DNA from: an uncultured Nitrosopumilaceae archaeon
Lineage (GTDB): Archaea; Thermoproteota; Nitrososphaeria; Nitrososphaerales; Nitrosopumilaceae
Direction of reading: 5' to 3'
Length of the DNA stretch: 64,000 nt
Assembly (NCBI GenBank): GCA_964462165.1
Contig: CAYWWR010000001.1
Coordinates: forward strand, 1,881 to 65,880
Shown in pieces: positions 20,439 through 30,837 of the stretch. The translations under genes and the position numbers were made by a program. The notes beneath the pieces were generated by a model. That model was not told the origin of the DNA, ran no database searches, and saw only the letters and a list, made by a program, of their open reading frames with translations. Position 1 is the stretch's first letter, and each line of letters opens with the position of its first letter.

Positions 20439-21404
20439 GTGAAAATTTTACATCTAGCAATTATTGGATTTGTTTTTATCGTAGGAACTAGCACTATATC
20501 ACAGTCAAGTTACGCACAGATTCAAAACGAATCCTCTACTACAAATCTAAAATGCATGGACCGCATAACCCAAGACATAAAGACAAAATCTGAATCACTT
20601 GATGAAGAAAGAGCCAAGACAGCAGCCATCAATTATGACAAATTCAAATCAGAGACTCAAAATGACAATTATACATTTCGTGCAGTATCCCAGGAATGGA
20701 TAAACGATCAAGTAAACTGTAATGTCACACTCAAAAACATGCTTGTGTTATTCGTTGTGACTGATGATTCGGGAAAACAGAGAGACGTCACTGTGATAAT
20801 TGATCCAATATCATATGAACCTCAAAGCATTGATGTGCAATACAATGTTCCAAATCATGGCGGTGTGATATCAAACTTGAATAATCAAGCCATAACAGAA
20901 AATTTCATTCATTTTCCTATCGACATTCAAAATATAACATCACAGTTTTGTAATACATTTATCGGTTCAAGTGAAATTGATCCTCAAGTATTACAATTTG
21001 TTGTTAAAAATAATCCCGGTATAATTCAAAACTCTAGTGATCCAGAATCTGCAAAATCCTTCATATCAAAACAATTCTGGGAAACAGTAGAGAGAAAAAT
21101 CATTTCATCGGATTCTAGATTCATTTCTAATGATGGAATAAACAATTCTATTACTTTTCTACCACAACATGAAATCTCAAATCTAATGTGTCCAGGCACA
21201 TGGGGACAAAATGGAACTTTTAAATCAAATAATGGCATTGTGAATAATTTTGCATTTAGTGCTAATGACTATAATTATCAATTTATTCCCGTTGTACAAA
21301 CACATGACGCAATCATATCTGAATTCCCAGTTACAATTCCTGTTTTACTTATTGGCATTACATCATTAATTGTATTTTACAGACTAAGGTTTTGGAATAA
21401 TTAA
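20439..21404 (+). CDS. Secreted protein, MKILHL leader, PEF-like tail
   Basis: Signal peptide; tail ISEFPVTIPVLLIGITSLIVFYRLR. Confidence 0.8.
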   Translation: MKILHLAIIGFVFIVGTSTISQSSYAQIQNESSTTNLKCMDRITQDIKTKSESLDEERAKTAAINYDKFKSETQNDNYTFRAVSQEWINDQVNCNVTLKNMLVLFVVTDDSGKQRDVTVIIDPISYEPQSIDVQYNVPNHGGVISNLNNQAITENFIHFPIDIQNITSQFCNTFIGSSEIDPQVLQFVVKNNPGIIQNSSDPESAKSFISKQFWETVERKIISSDSRFISNDGINNSITFLPQHEISNLMCPGTWGQNGTFKSNNGIVNNFAFSANDYNYQFIPVVQTHDAIISEFPVTIPVLLIGITSLIVFYRLRFWNN

Positions 21405-21407
21405 AGA

Positions 21408-23027
21408 ATGAAACTTGTATACCTTGGAATAATCATGGCATCTTTACTTATTGCAACGTCATACGTAAAATCTATCCATGCAGATTCTACAGATCCAGTC
21501 CAAATTCTTGGCGTGCAGGTAGAATCAAATACGCTCAAAGTAAATGACACATTTTCAATTAGTGCAACAATTCTCAACCGTTTACCATATCCGATATATT
21601 TGACAAGTGGTTCATGTACTCCTGCATTTTCAGTTTCATTTGATAATCATGTCAAGCAGGTCCATCCAAACATAGCATGCACCGATGTCGCCATACAGCA
21701 ACAAGTGGATCCATTAGAAGAGATAACGATCTCAAATGTCAACAAGCCTGGAATAATATATCAAGCAGTACTGCCAGGAATTGCAAATGCAAACATAACA
21801 ATTCCCTACTCTGCAAAAAACCAGACAGCTACAGACTATTCCAATATTGATTACAGTATATCAAAATCATTCCAGTTTGTGATTCATGGTTCCAATGAAA
21901 CATCACAAAATATACCTGCATATGTTCTGCCTCCATTACAACAGATCAGAGCGGGAACACTTGCTCAGGATGTAAAATGCAGTGTTAACTTTAATCTCAT
22001 AATAAAAGCAGAAGATGGTTTTCCTGCATGTGTAAAACCTGAAACCGCAAAGATGCTCTATGAGCGTGGATGGACTTTGGCAGTTAATACTGGGACAAAT
22101 TATTTGGATAATTCAACTATGGGAATAGTTTCAATCCAGATGGTCCAGTCGCTTATCAATCCAGGTGGACCGCCTATCCAGTTAATACTAAAAAACATAG
22201 GAACAATGCCCATAACTAGCCTTAATGCAACACTTGTTCTCAATAATGATTACAACTTTAATTTTCATGAAGTATCAGAGTCACAGCCACTTGTACCTGA
22301 CAACTCTACATCTGACACAAAGATCTTAATTGGTGGTGGATTTACTAGTGATGCCACATATCCGCTCACTATAAACGGAATTGCAAACAAAATTCCATTT
22401 AGTTTTACTCAAAATGTACACATACCTTATACAAATGAAAATATCACAACCAGACCTATATCAGAAAATAATTGTGGACAATTCTATACAATATCTGCAA
22501 AGCCACACAACGGGACTACAGTACCAGCTATCTTGATGAATTCAAACTCTACTGGATGTGCACGGCTAACATATACAATCAATTATGATTACAACGATGT
22601 GTCTAATGATCGTATAGCATGGCCACGAATATCTAATTTCTCACTTTTGCGAATTGACACTCTCAAATATACTTCAAATGGGGATTCGTTTGGTGTATCA
22701 ACCGGCAAGGACTATACAAATTCATTCAAGATTACATCAGTGCCCGAAACGATTGATCTTGCAAACTATCCGATAGGCTCAAACTTTACAGTAACATATG
22801 TCATAAAGCCGCTGTCAAATGCCACAGGGTTTTACGATGAATCAATACCTGAACCTATTTGTTCAACCTATCCGCTTGCAGTAAATCATAGTGCAGGTGA
22901 GGTAAATTCATCCGATTTTTCAAAAGGATTGATCAGCATGCAAAACCATTCTTGTATTTCTGCACCATACGAACTAACAGGAATTGAAATATCAGGCATG
23001 AGCGACAAGGTGATGCAACTTCCATGA
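21408..23027 (+). CDS. Secreted multidomain protein (Ig-like module plus PLxQ..C..PACV module)
   Basis: MKLVYL leader; PPLQQIRAG..VKC..IKAEDGFPACVKP..RGW. Confidence 0.8.
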   Translation: MKLVYLGIIMASLLIATSYVKSIHADSTDPVQILGVQVESNTLKVNDTFSISATILNRLPYPIYLTSGSCTPAFSVSFDNHVKQVHPNIACTDVAIQQQVDPLEEITISNVNKPGIIYQAVLPGIANANITIPYSAKNQTATDYSNIDYSISKSFQFVIHGSNETSQNIPAYVLPPLQQIRAGTLAQDVKCSVNFNLIIKAEDGFPACVKPETAKMLYERGWTLAVNTGTNYLDNSTMGIVSIQMVQSLINPGGPPIQLILKNIGTMPITSLNATLVLNNDYNFNFHEVSESQPLVPDNSTSDTKILIGGGFTSDATYPLTINGIANKIPFSFTQNVHIPYTNENITTRPISENNCGQFYTISAKPHNGTTVPAILMNSNSTGCARLTYTINYDYNDVSNDRIAWPRISNFSLLRIDTLKYTSNGDSFGVSTGKDYTNSFKITSVPETIDLANYPIGSNFTVTYVIKPLSNATGFYDESIPEPICSTYPLAVNHSAGEVNSSDFSKGLISMQNHSCISAPYELTGIEISGMSDKVMQLP

Positions 23028-23055
23028 CTTGTCTAAAATTGGTGTGGCATAGAAA

Positions 23056-23595
23056 ATGAAAATTATACACCTTGCAATAATTGTATGCGTTTGCGTTGCT
23101 ACCATAATAGGGATTTACACAATTTGGTTTTTTACAAGTTCTTATGATTTTTCTACATATACAAAAGATAATCCACTTGGGATCCAAGCCAATGTGATAT
23201 ACAATTTCAATCCTTATTTGATGTGTCCACAATTACCATGTCACGCATCTAATACATTTCAACTCAATTTTACTTCAAAAGAAGGCTCTGAGTTAATAGC
23301 ATACAATATTTGTGATGGGATGTTTTGTATTAAAAAAGAAGGATTTGAGAATCACATTATCAGCGTACACCCAAAAATTGCAGGAATTAATTTTGGCGAG
23401 GCATCTGCGTACCAATCTGGTCCGGTCATGTTAGGTAATGTAACATGGAAAGTCAATGATACAGTGAATATCAGAATCAAGGCAATACCAGTAACACTTC
23501 TAGATAATGGAAGTCTGATCTATTACCCAGAAAATATGATGCTTGTAGATTTGGGAGAATCGAAGATAGTTGAGGTTGGAAATCCGACAAAATGA
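23056..23595 (+). CDS. Anchored/secreted protein, MKIIHL leader
   Basis: NPLGIQA..CP..YNICDG module shared with the C-terminus of the 34558 protein. Confidence 0.75.
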   Translation: MKIIHLAIIVCVCVATIIGIYTIWFFTSSYDFSTYTKDNPLGIQANVIYNFNPYLMCPQLPCHASNTFQLNFTSKEGSELIAYNICDGMFCIKKEGFENHIISVHPKIAGINFGEASAYQSGPVMLGNVTWKVNDTVNIRIKAIPVTLLDNGSLIYYPENMMLVDLGESKIVEVGNPTK

Positions 23596-24725
23596 AAACT
23601 CTGTATTTTTCCATAATTGTAATGCTAGTTTTTCTAGGATATTGTATGATGTCAAATGTTAATACTGCACAGGGGCTCACACCTCCAGCATTAGATCCGA
23701 GACTTATGTCGCAAGAATTTTTTCAAGATCTTCATAATCACAATTACACCATAATTCCTAGCAATACAACTGAATGGCTTTTGTGGCATGATCATTATCA
23801 AGATATTCTAAATTATAGTGATACCATATTTACAGGAAACATAACGTCGGTAAATATCTTGAATGTTACATCGTTTTATACTGTAGGCAATATTACATCA
23901 ACCATTGTCGGTTCTATGGAGCAGGGAATCTATTATGCCACAGGTCCCCCTTACAAAAAAATTAACTATACTCTAAATCTTGAACAATACACAGTAAATG
24001 TAGATGAATTTTTAAAAAATCCACAGAGATCATTCACGATGATAATTAGAGAGCCAATCATTGATCCAACTTGGCACTCTGATCCTCTCGGTCCCAGATT
24101 TAATGTTGGAGATCATGTGTTATTTTACGTAAAAAATCTTGATGAGGATAATGTATACTCACAAATGTCTTTTATGATTCCAAAGACTTGCAATGCAACA
24201 AATGTTTTAGCACAAGACCGTTGGACAGGTAATGATTTTACCATGACACAAAATGGCATTCAAGTAGATTATAATAAATCCGTACAAAACATCAACAATT
24301 TTACAGAAAACAAGCCAATTCAGTTTGCATATAGTGAGCCGGTAGATACACTATCTGGGAAAGACTTTGTAGTCAAAGATGAAACATTTGATGCAAAAAC
24401 TAATGGAGGAATTGTTTTTAGTAAAGAATTCAATGGTAGTTCTAAGAAGTGTGAGTGGATGGAATTGGCAAAATGGGAATTGAGCCTAAAAAAAGGCGAT
24501 TATTATTCTAATCTATCTATAAAAAATAATGATGGTACGTTTACAGGGAGGTATAGTGTGGGTTTTTCTGTCAAACAAGATACTAACGATTTATTATCAT
24601 CGAATTCAAATTCTGCAGAAATTCCCACTTCTAAAAAAATTCCTGAATTTCCATTTTCAATTCCGGTTTTGTTGATTGGTATTACATCATTGATTATATT
24701 TTACAGGATACAATTTAGGAAATGA
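23592..24725 (+). CDS. Secreted protein, MKTLYF leader, PEF tail
   Basis: Tail IPEFPFSIPVLLIGITSLIIFYRIQFRK; ATGA overlaps on both sides. Confidence 0.8.
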   Translation: MKTLYFSIIVMLVFLGYCMMSNVNTAQGLTPPALDPRLMSQEFFQDLHNHNYTIIPSNTTEWLLWHDHYQDILNYSDTIFTGNITSVNILNVTSFYTVGNITSTIVGSMEQGIYYATGPPYKKINYTLNLEQYTVNVDEFLKNPQRSFTMIIREPIIDPTWHSDPLGPRFNVGDHVLFYVKNLDEDNVYSQMSFMIPKTCNATNVLAQDRWTGNDFTMTQNGIQVDYNKSVQNINNFTENKPIQFAYSEPVDTLSGKDFVVKDETFDAKTNGGIVFSKEFNGSSKKCEWMELAKWELSLKKGDYYSNLSIKNNDGTFTGRYSVGFSVKQDTNDLLSSNSNSAEIPTSKKIPEFPFSIPVLLIGITSLIIFYRIQFRK

Positions 24726-25801
24726 AAACTATACATCTTTCAAAATTTTCAGTTTTCATTATTGTAATTCTGATAATCGCATTTGTCTCATTTGGAGCTG
24801 TAATCTATTCGTCACCTTCTTCCGTATCAAGCCAGGATGAACGAATCTATCTTCACACTCCACAATCATATTTCTCAAATGGGGTTGTTGATGGATACGT
24901 CAAGGTATCAGACATGAAGCCAAACAGTGCAGGCCTATTCATGTATCCACCATCATTTCAATATGGTAAACAGGCAAACGCCTATCAAACATTCATGTTA
25001 ATTCGGCTTTCTAAAACCATGGGTGGAGACAAAAACGAGACTTCATCTTTTCGTGCATACAGCGCACTTGATCCCACGTCTCACTGCTTGATGAAATATT
25101 GGCCACAGGATGGAAGACAAAGAATTGAAGATCCATGTATTAGTTCACCATACAGGACCATTGATGGAGTATCATATGATCCAGGACTTACAATGATTAG
25201 GGCACCAACTACAGGAGCTCTACCAAAACTAGACCTTGATGTGGATAGTCAAGGATATCTCGTAGTCAAGTCTCCAACGTGGACACAAGATAAGAATGGC
25301 GTCGTAGGAGTTGGAAGAAACATATCAAAGGATGAGATTATGCAATCTTCGCAAGTTCTAACGAATTATTGCAAAAACCAAATGAAATGGCCGGAGTTAC
25401 CAATTACTCTTCAAACTGGGGACATACTCATGGACATGGTTTGTAAGAGTGATCATCTTAATGCGGTTTATGTCAATATTGATCATCCAGGCAAAAGTGC
25501 AACTATAGATGTGAGTTTTTGTAACTGTACCAAGACTCCTGAAGAACTTGGTCCATTCATCAATTCAGAAAATGGTCAATTATGGAATGTGAGTAATACT
25601 ACGATATATGTTTCAGGCAGTGCACTACAAACTGGTGAAAACAAGGTTGATCCATTCAATGCAGAATATACTTTTAGATTTATAAAAAATGGATATGACG
25701 TATATTTTGTAGACCGTAGATCTTTTGATGATGCAGCAAAAGAGGTTTTAATGGATTTTTTTCACAAAAATGATACTTCAGATTTGAAGAGGATTGAATG
25801 A
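24722..25801 (+). CDS. Anchored protein with degenerate Rieske-like domain
   Basis: FRAYSALDPTSHC...IEDPCISSPY..DG...ALPKLDL resembles the Rieske fold but lacks CxH/CxxH. Confidence 0.6.
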   Translation: MKTIHLSKFSVFIIVILIIAFVSFGAVIYSSPSSVSSQDERIYLHTPQSYFSNGVVDGYVKVSDMKPNSAGLFMYPPSFQYGKQANAYQTFMLIRLSKTMGGDKNETSSFRAYSALDPTSHCLMKYWPQDGRQRIEDPCISSPYRTIDGVSYDPGLTMIRAPTTGALPKLDLDVDSQGYLVVKSPTWTQDKNGVVGVGRNISKDEIMQSSQVLTNYCKNQMKWPELPITLQTGDILMDMVCKSDHLNAVYVNIDHPGKSATIDVSFCNCTKTPEELGPFINSENGQLWNVSNTTIYVSGSALQTGENKVDPFNAEYTFRFIKNGYDVYFVDRRSFDDAAKEVLMDFFHKNDTSDLKRIE

Positions 25802-26682
25802 AAACTCTACATCTTTCAATTTTTCTAACAATCCTTGCTGTTGCCATGTCAAGCTTCATTCTGACTGATGCAAATGCTACATCTCCATTTCTTCAAACTG
25901 ACAAAACGTTCCATGTAAAAGGAGATATCATTTTGGTCTATGGTTCAGTCGGAAGTTACATTCCAAACACTAACGCAACCATCCAAGTTTTGGACAATAA
26001 AAATAACCAGCTGTTAAACTATGCTACAACTCCAAAAGACGATGGAACTTTTCTTGTTCGCATACCTACAAATAATACAAATTGGAAAACAGGCGGTCCT
26101 TACAAGATAAGTGTCCAATATGGCACCTGTTGCCATGTGGGAGACAGCACATTTACATTTTACACAGGTCTACTTCCACCGTTAAGACAGGCACAACTTG
26201 GAACAGTGTTTTGGGACATAACCTGTGATTCAGGAGATGTTAAGATCATGAAGCAAGAAGATGGTTTTGTTGCATGTGTTAATCCTAACAGTGTACAAAA
26301 TCTAGTTTCTCGAAATTGGGGCTATGACCCATCAGCGAAATTAACTACCTACGGTCTCAAAGATATCTATCAGGTAGGACAGGAAATAGACTTTAAATTT
26401 AGAGTTAATGGATTTGGAAATTCCTGTGACCAACCTTCTGTGATAGTCAAGAACTCTACGCAACAAATAGTGTGGTCAAGTCCACAATATGCATCTGGTT
26501 GTGCAATAGAAGAACCGGGGCATATAGAATCTGAAGCATTCCTCGGAAATGAAACACATCTAGGGTATGATTACAATGGATATGGAATATTGACAATTAA
26601 ACAGCCTGGAACGTATTCCATGAATATTTCATGGCTTGACGGAAATATTACAAAGGAATTTACAGTTATTCCAAGTGATTGA
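25798..26682 (+). CDS. Secreted protein, MKTLHL leader
   Basis: Ig-like N-domain plus PPLRQ..C..EDGFVACV module. Confidence 0.8.
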   Translation: MKTLHLSIFLTILAVAMSSFILTDANATSPFLQTDKTFHVKGDIILVYGSVGSYIPNTNATIQVLDNKNNQLLNYATTPKDDGTFLVRIPTNNTNWKTGGPYKISVQYGTCCHVGDSTFTFYTGLLPPLRQAQLGTVFWDITCDSGDVKIMKQEDGFVACVNPNSVQNLVSRNWGYDPSAKLTTYGLKDIYQVGQEIDFKFRVNGFGNSCDQPSVIVKNSTQQIVWSSPQYASGCAIEEPGHIESEAFLGNETHLGYDYNGYGILTIKQPGTYSMNISWLDGNITKEFTVIPSD

Positions 26683-26764
26683 TGATCCCATTGTGATGTT
26701 GAGAGATGTTTCTTCACAAACATAGGATCATGTATTATATCGCATACACAATGTCTCTAGTACA

Positions 26765-27136
26765 TTGCCTGAACTTGACGATTTAACAAAAGCAAAGATG
26801 GTTGCATTAATTCTAGACAAAAAAACAGAGGTGGCATTAGAAGAGTTGAGCAAATTCTACAAGGTGGATACTCCAAAAGTTGTAGTGGGTACAATCAAGA
26901 AGAAAAGAAGGACTGTATATGCAGTGTATGTAGTACAAGAAAAAAAGATCTATGCATTAAACTCTGATATCTTCTACAATCCATTTATCATGTTACACGA
27001 ATACTATCACCACATTCGCTCCAAGCTTGGAACACATCGCGGTTCAGAAAAACATGCCAACATGTACGCCCAGGAATTCATCGACTCGTACATGCGAATT
27101 GTAGACAAGATAAATCAAAACAAGAATACAAAATAA
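26765..27136 (+). CDS. Small HExxH protein (putative minimal zinc metallopeptidase)
   Basis: MLHEYYHH with downstream E..AN. Confidence 0.65.
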   Translation: MPELDDLTKAKMVALILDKKTEVALEELSKFYKVDTPKVVVGTIKKKRRTVYAVYVVQEKKIYALNSDIFYNPFIMLHEYYHHIRSKLGTHRGSEKHANMYAQEFIDSYMRIVDKINQNKNTK

Positions 27137-27150
27137 CTACCAGAAAAATA

Positions 27151-27531
27151 CTATCTTGTTTTAGACCATTTTTTCATCCACTGTAAAAGATCTATCACAG
27201 ACTCGACAAGTTCTTGTCCTTTTCTTGTAAGATTATATTCCACTCGTGGTGGCATCTCATTGTAAGATAATCTCTCCAATATTCCGCTTTTCTCAAGCTC
27301 CTTTAGTCTTGTTGCCAACGTTTTACTGCTTATTCCTCTCAAGGCTTGCTTGAACTGTTTGTATCGTACAGGCTCTGTTGTACAGCACAACGGAATTAAA
27401 ATCTCAAGTGCACCTCTTTTTGTAATTATTTTGCGTAGCTTTGAAGTCTCAGACATTAAAGATGATGCATCATATCCTTCAAAACTACAACTGTCCTTTA
27501 CCATTGGAAGAGATTTACGTTTGGTTTCCAT
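27151..27531 (-). CDS. HxlR-family transcriptional regulator
   Basis: ISSKTLATRLKELE..G..R..YNEMPPRVEYNLT.KG. Confidence 0.88.
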   Translation of the reverse strand: METKRKSLPMVKDSCSFEGYDASSLMSETSKLRKIITKRGALEILIPLCCTTEPVRYKQFKQALRGISSKTLATRLKELEKSGILERLSYNEMPPRVEYNLTRKGQELVESVIDLLQWMKKWSKTR

Positions 27532-27600
27532 ACTTACACCAACTGTAACTTTTTACTCTTTGACAACTTAAATGGTTTACTAAATAAACTAAGAAGTGAA

Positions 27601-28017
27601 ATGGAATTGTCTGGAAAAAAACTGAAAAAAGTTCTGTTTGTATGTGTAGAAAATGCAGGACGAAGTCAGATGGCAGAAGGTTTCTTTAGAAAATATGCTC
27701 CAAAGGGATACGAGCCCACAAGCGCTGGAACAAAACCCACACAGGAGATAAATCCTGTTGTAATAGAGGCAATGAAAGAGGTAGGTATTGACTTGAATAG
27801 ACAAGTACCAAAAATTCTAACTAGCGAAATTATCAAGGATTCTGTTCTAAGTGTCAACATGGGTTGTATGGACAAGACAGAATGCCCTGCAGTGTTTGTG
27901 AAAGATTCGGTTGACTGGAATATCGAGGATCCCAAAGGTAAATCACTTGATAAAATCAGAGAGATAAGGAATACAATAGAACAAAAGGTGAAAGAAATTT
28001 GCAAAACTCTAGAATAA
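27601..28017 (+). CDS. arsC: Arsenate reductase, LMW-PTP/thioredoxin type
   Basis: P-loop CVENAGRSQMAEG, SAGT, GCMDKTECP, DWNIEDP. Confidence 0.88.
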   Translation: MELSGKKLKKVLFVCVENAGRSQMAEGFFRKYAPKGYEPTSAGTKPTQEINPVVIEAMKEVGIDLNRQVPKILTSEIIKDSVLSVNMGCMDKTECPAVFVKDSVDWNIEDPKGKSLDKIREIRNTIEQKVKEICKTLE

Positions 28018-28700
28018 CAGACAGACTGTCTTCTAATCAAAAGAAGTTCTTTGCCGAAGTAATCGGTACATTCGTCATAGTCGTATTTGCAACAGGCTCT
28101 GTAGTTTTAGATACAAAATATGTTGGAACATTTGGTCTTTGGTTTGTGGCTCTAGCTCCTGCTATTGCAGTAGCTTGTATGGTCTATGCATTTGGAAAAA
28201 TATCCATGTCTCACTTTAATCCTGCAGTTACAGTCGGGTTTCTCATCACAAAACACACACCAAAAAATCTTTTTCCGCTGTATATTACAGCTGAGATAAT
28301 TGGTGCGATATCTGGCAGCATATTTGTAAAATATGTTGTAGGTACACAAGCAAACATTGGCGCAAACGCACCTGATTACCATTATTCAATTCCACTCATA
28401 ATTGGTGTCGAGGTTTTGGCTACGGCTCTACTGATGGCAGTAATTTTGACAGTTGTTCATACAAAGGGGTTGAAAGGTTTTGGTGGAATGGTTATCGGCA
28501 TAATGGTCGGACTGGATATTTTCTTTCTGGCATTCATCTCTGGTGCTTCAATGAATCCTGCAAGGTCTTTGGGACCTGCCCTGGTATCAGGTTACCTGAA
28601 TAATTTATGGTTATACTTGACTGCAACTTTTGTTGGCTCTAGCACTATCGCACTTGTCTATAGCAAATTTTTCAAAAGAGTACCTGTACCGGAATTATGA
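27999..28700 (+). CDS. MIP-family aquaporin/aquaglyceroporin, probably an arsenite channel
   Basis: HFNPAVT and MNPARS; overlaps arsC. Confidence 0.88.
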   Translation: MQNSRITDRLSSNQKKFFAEVIGTFVIVVFATGSVVLDTKYVGTFGLWFVALAPAIAVACMVYAFGKISMSHFNPAVTVGFLITKHTPKNLFPLYITAEIIGAISGSIFVKYVVGTQANIGANAPDYHYSIPLIIGVEVLATALLMAVILTVVHTKGLKGFGGMVIGIMVGLDIFFLAFISGASMNPARSLGPALVSGYLNNLWLYLTATFVGSSTIALVYSKFFKRVPVPEL

Positions 28701-29047
28701 TTATACCATATGTTTTCATAGTACATGTAAAAACATTAGTCAATTCTTAGATATGCGTTAGACGTATGAATTGTGCAGTCTGCGATTTGTCATTAAAGAT
28801 TGCGATTCCTTCCGGAATATGGATGGAGTTACCAAAGTGAGGAACTCGGAAACACAAGACGTGATCTGAATGATCCTCTGAAAATCACATGTTTGCAATC
28901 CATGTTTTATTAGACATGTAGCAATAATCTTAACATTGAAAACTAGAACAATGTTAGAATGGTGTTTTAAATCACCACAGTACCGTACAGTTCCTAGGCA
29001 TGATTTGCACACAAATCTTAAATGATATAAAAATTTAGCAATTCAAA

Positions 29048-30733
29048 TTGAAAAATTTACATTTTACTGCAATGATTCCCATATTGATAATCTTTCTTGC
29101 TAGTTTGACATTGTTTATTTCAAATCCGGCATATGCTCCATGCGCGATTGGCCCTAATGGAACTGAGGAATGCGCAGGTCCTCCACCAATGCTAGACCAA
29201 ATCAAGTCAGACAAGCTAAACTATGAAATTTCAGAAAAACCGCTCATAACAATTACTGGAACCTCGCAAACTCTGACACATCTTGAAGTAGATGATTCTT
29301 CATCTGGGAATATTCGATTTTCACATGACATTAATTTATCATCCAACGGAACTGCAAGTTACATCCTTGATGTATCAGCATATCCTCCAGGTGTGTATCA
29401 AATTACTGCAACATCCTCAGTATCAAAAATAACAACTAGTTTTACAGTTGGACTTGAACCAGTTGGAGGTCACATAATGTTCAACATTGTAAAAAATTCC
29501 TACTTTCCAGGAGACCATGTCCCAATATTTGGCACGTATACTGCCAACAGTACAATACAATTATCATTATCAGATCCTCATGGAGTTGTAGTAAAATCAG
29601 TTCAAACTGTTGCAAATAAGACGGGGTATTTTTCATCATCAGACATCCAGATTCCAACCAATGCAATCCCAGGCGTTTGGAGGACTAGTGCAACAAGTGG
29701 TGTGTTTCACACCAATATGGAAATTAATGTAGTTTCATCCATCGCAGTTGGTCCTACAAATCCCGTTGATATTTCCAATATACGAATCCAGCCCTCAACT
29801 GTTAAAGTTGGAGACAAGTTTGCAATAACTGCAACTCTTCTCAACAATTCTCCTAATTCTATATCCATAGGCATATCTCCATGTGGAGAACCATTTCCAA
29901 TATCCTTTGACAATCACATAATAATTTATCAAGAAGAAAATGTCACATGTGCTTATTACATCTTGGAAGAAAGAATAGATCCTGGTAAGAACACTACGCA
30001 AACCAGTCCTGGTGCTCCAATCACTACTGGAAAACCAATGGTAAATACACCACAGACAGTATTTTTCAAGGCAGTACAAGCAGGGATTGAAAATGCGACC
30101 ATATCATTTGCATATAATATCATGAATCAAGTTGATTCTAATCAATCACAAATCCAGAAAACAGCATCAAAATCATTTTTGTTCATGATATATGACAACA
30201 AAACTGATTTGTCAAATGGCTTGTATACAGACCAAATGGTCACAAATACAATAGACTCTCCACTACAACAATTAAGATCAGGAATAAAATCAGAAGATGT
30301 CCAGTGCAATATTGATTTTCAATTAATTCTAAAAGGCTCTGACAATACTCCTGCATGCATCAAGAAAAGCGATATGTCAGATTTTATGTCAAGAACCTGG
30401 GCAACTAGAGAAATTAGTGTAGAGAATATTGGTCAGTCATTTAATTACACAATAGTTGGCGGACAGATTGAACAAGCAAAAGAGGATTTGGCAAGTAAAT
30501 CCCTTGTAGTAACAGTCAAAACAACAGAAAACGGTACACTTGTGGCCAGCATTCCAAGATCATTGCTCGACCCTCACATGAATGGTCAGGATACGGCATT
30601 TATTGTTCTAGGAGATGGTAAGGAAATATCGTTTAGCCAAACAATGACTACAATTACACAAAGAACACTCAACATTCCATTTCAATATGGCGTATCGACC
30701 ATTGAAATAATTGCACCTGAACCAATACGATAG
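29048..30733 (+). CDS. Secreted multidomain protein, MKNLHF leader
   Basis: Ig-like modules shared with the 21408 protein; SPLQQ..C..PACI module. Confidence 0.8.
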   Translation: MKNLHFTAMIPILIIFLASLTLFISNPAYAPCAIGPNGTEECAGPPPMLDQIKSDKLNYEISEKPLITITGTSQTLTHLEVDDSSSGNIRFSHDINLSSNGTASYILDVSAYPPGVYQITATSSVSKITTSFTVGLEPVGGHIMFNIVKNSYFPGDHVPIFGTYTANSTIQLSLSDPHGVVVKSVQTVANKTGYFSSSDIQIPTNAIPGVWRTSATSGVFHTNMEINVVSSIAVGPTNPVDISNIRIQPSTVKVGDKFAITATLLNNSPNSISIGISPCGEPFPISFDNHIIIYQEENVTCAYYILEERIDPGKNTTQTSPGAPITTGKPMVNTPQTVFFKAVQAGIENATISFAYNIMNQVDSNQSQIQKTASKSFLFMIYDNKTDLSNGLYTDQMVTNTIDSPLQQLRSGIKSEDVQCNIDFQLILKGSDNTPACIKKSDMSDFMSRTWATREISVENIGQSFNYTIVGGQIEQAKEDLASKSLVVTVKTTENGTLVASIPRSLLDPHMNGQDTAFIVLGDGKEISFSQTMTTITQRTLNIPFQYGVSTIEIIAPEPIR

Positions 30734-30837
30734 AACGTGAAATTGGGTAGTTTGACAATGAAAAAATAGATTCTTCAGCTGAGCCAATTCCTACACATGT
30801 AAATCATGTTCAACTTTTAGTGAGAATTTGTTTTGAA

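Noticed and set aside
28758-29012. 84-aa minus-strand ORF between the aquaporin and 29048
   Set aside because: No recognisable motif; probably non-coding or a decayed fragment.
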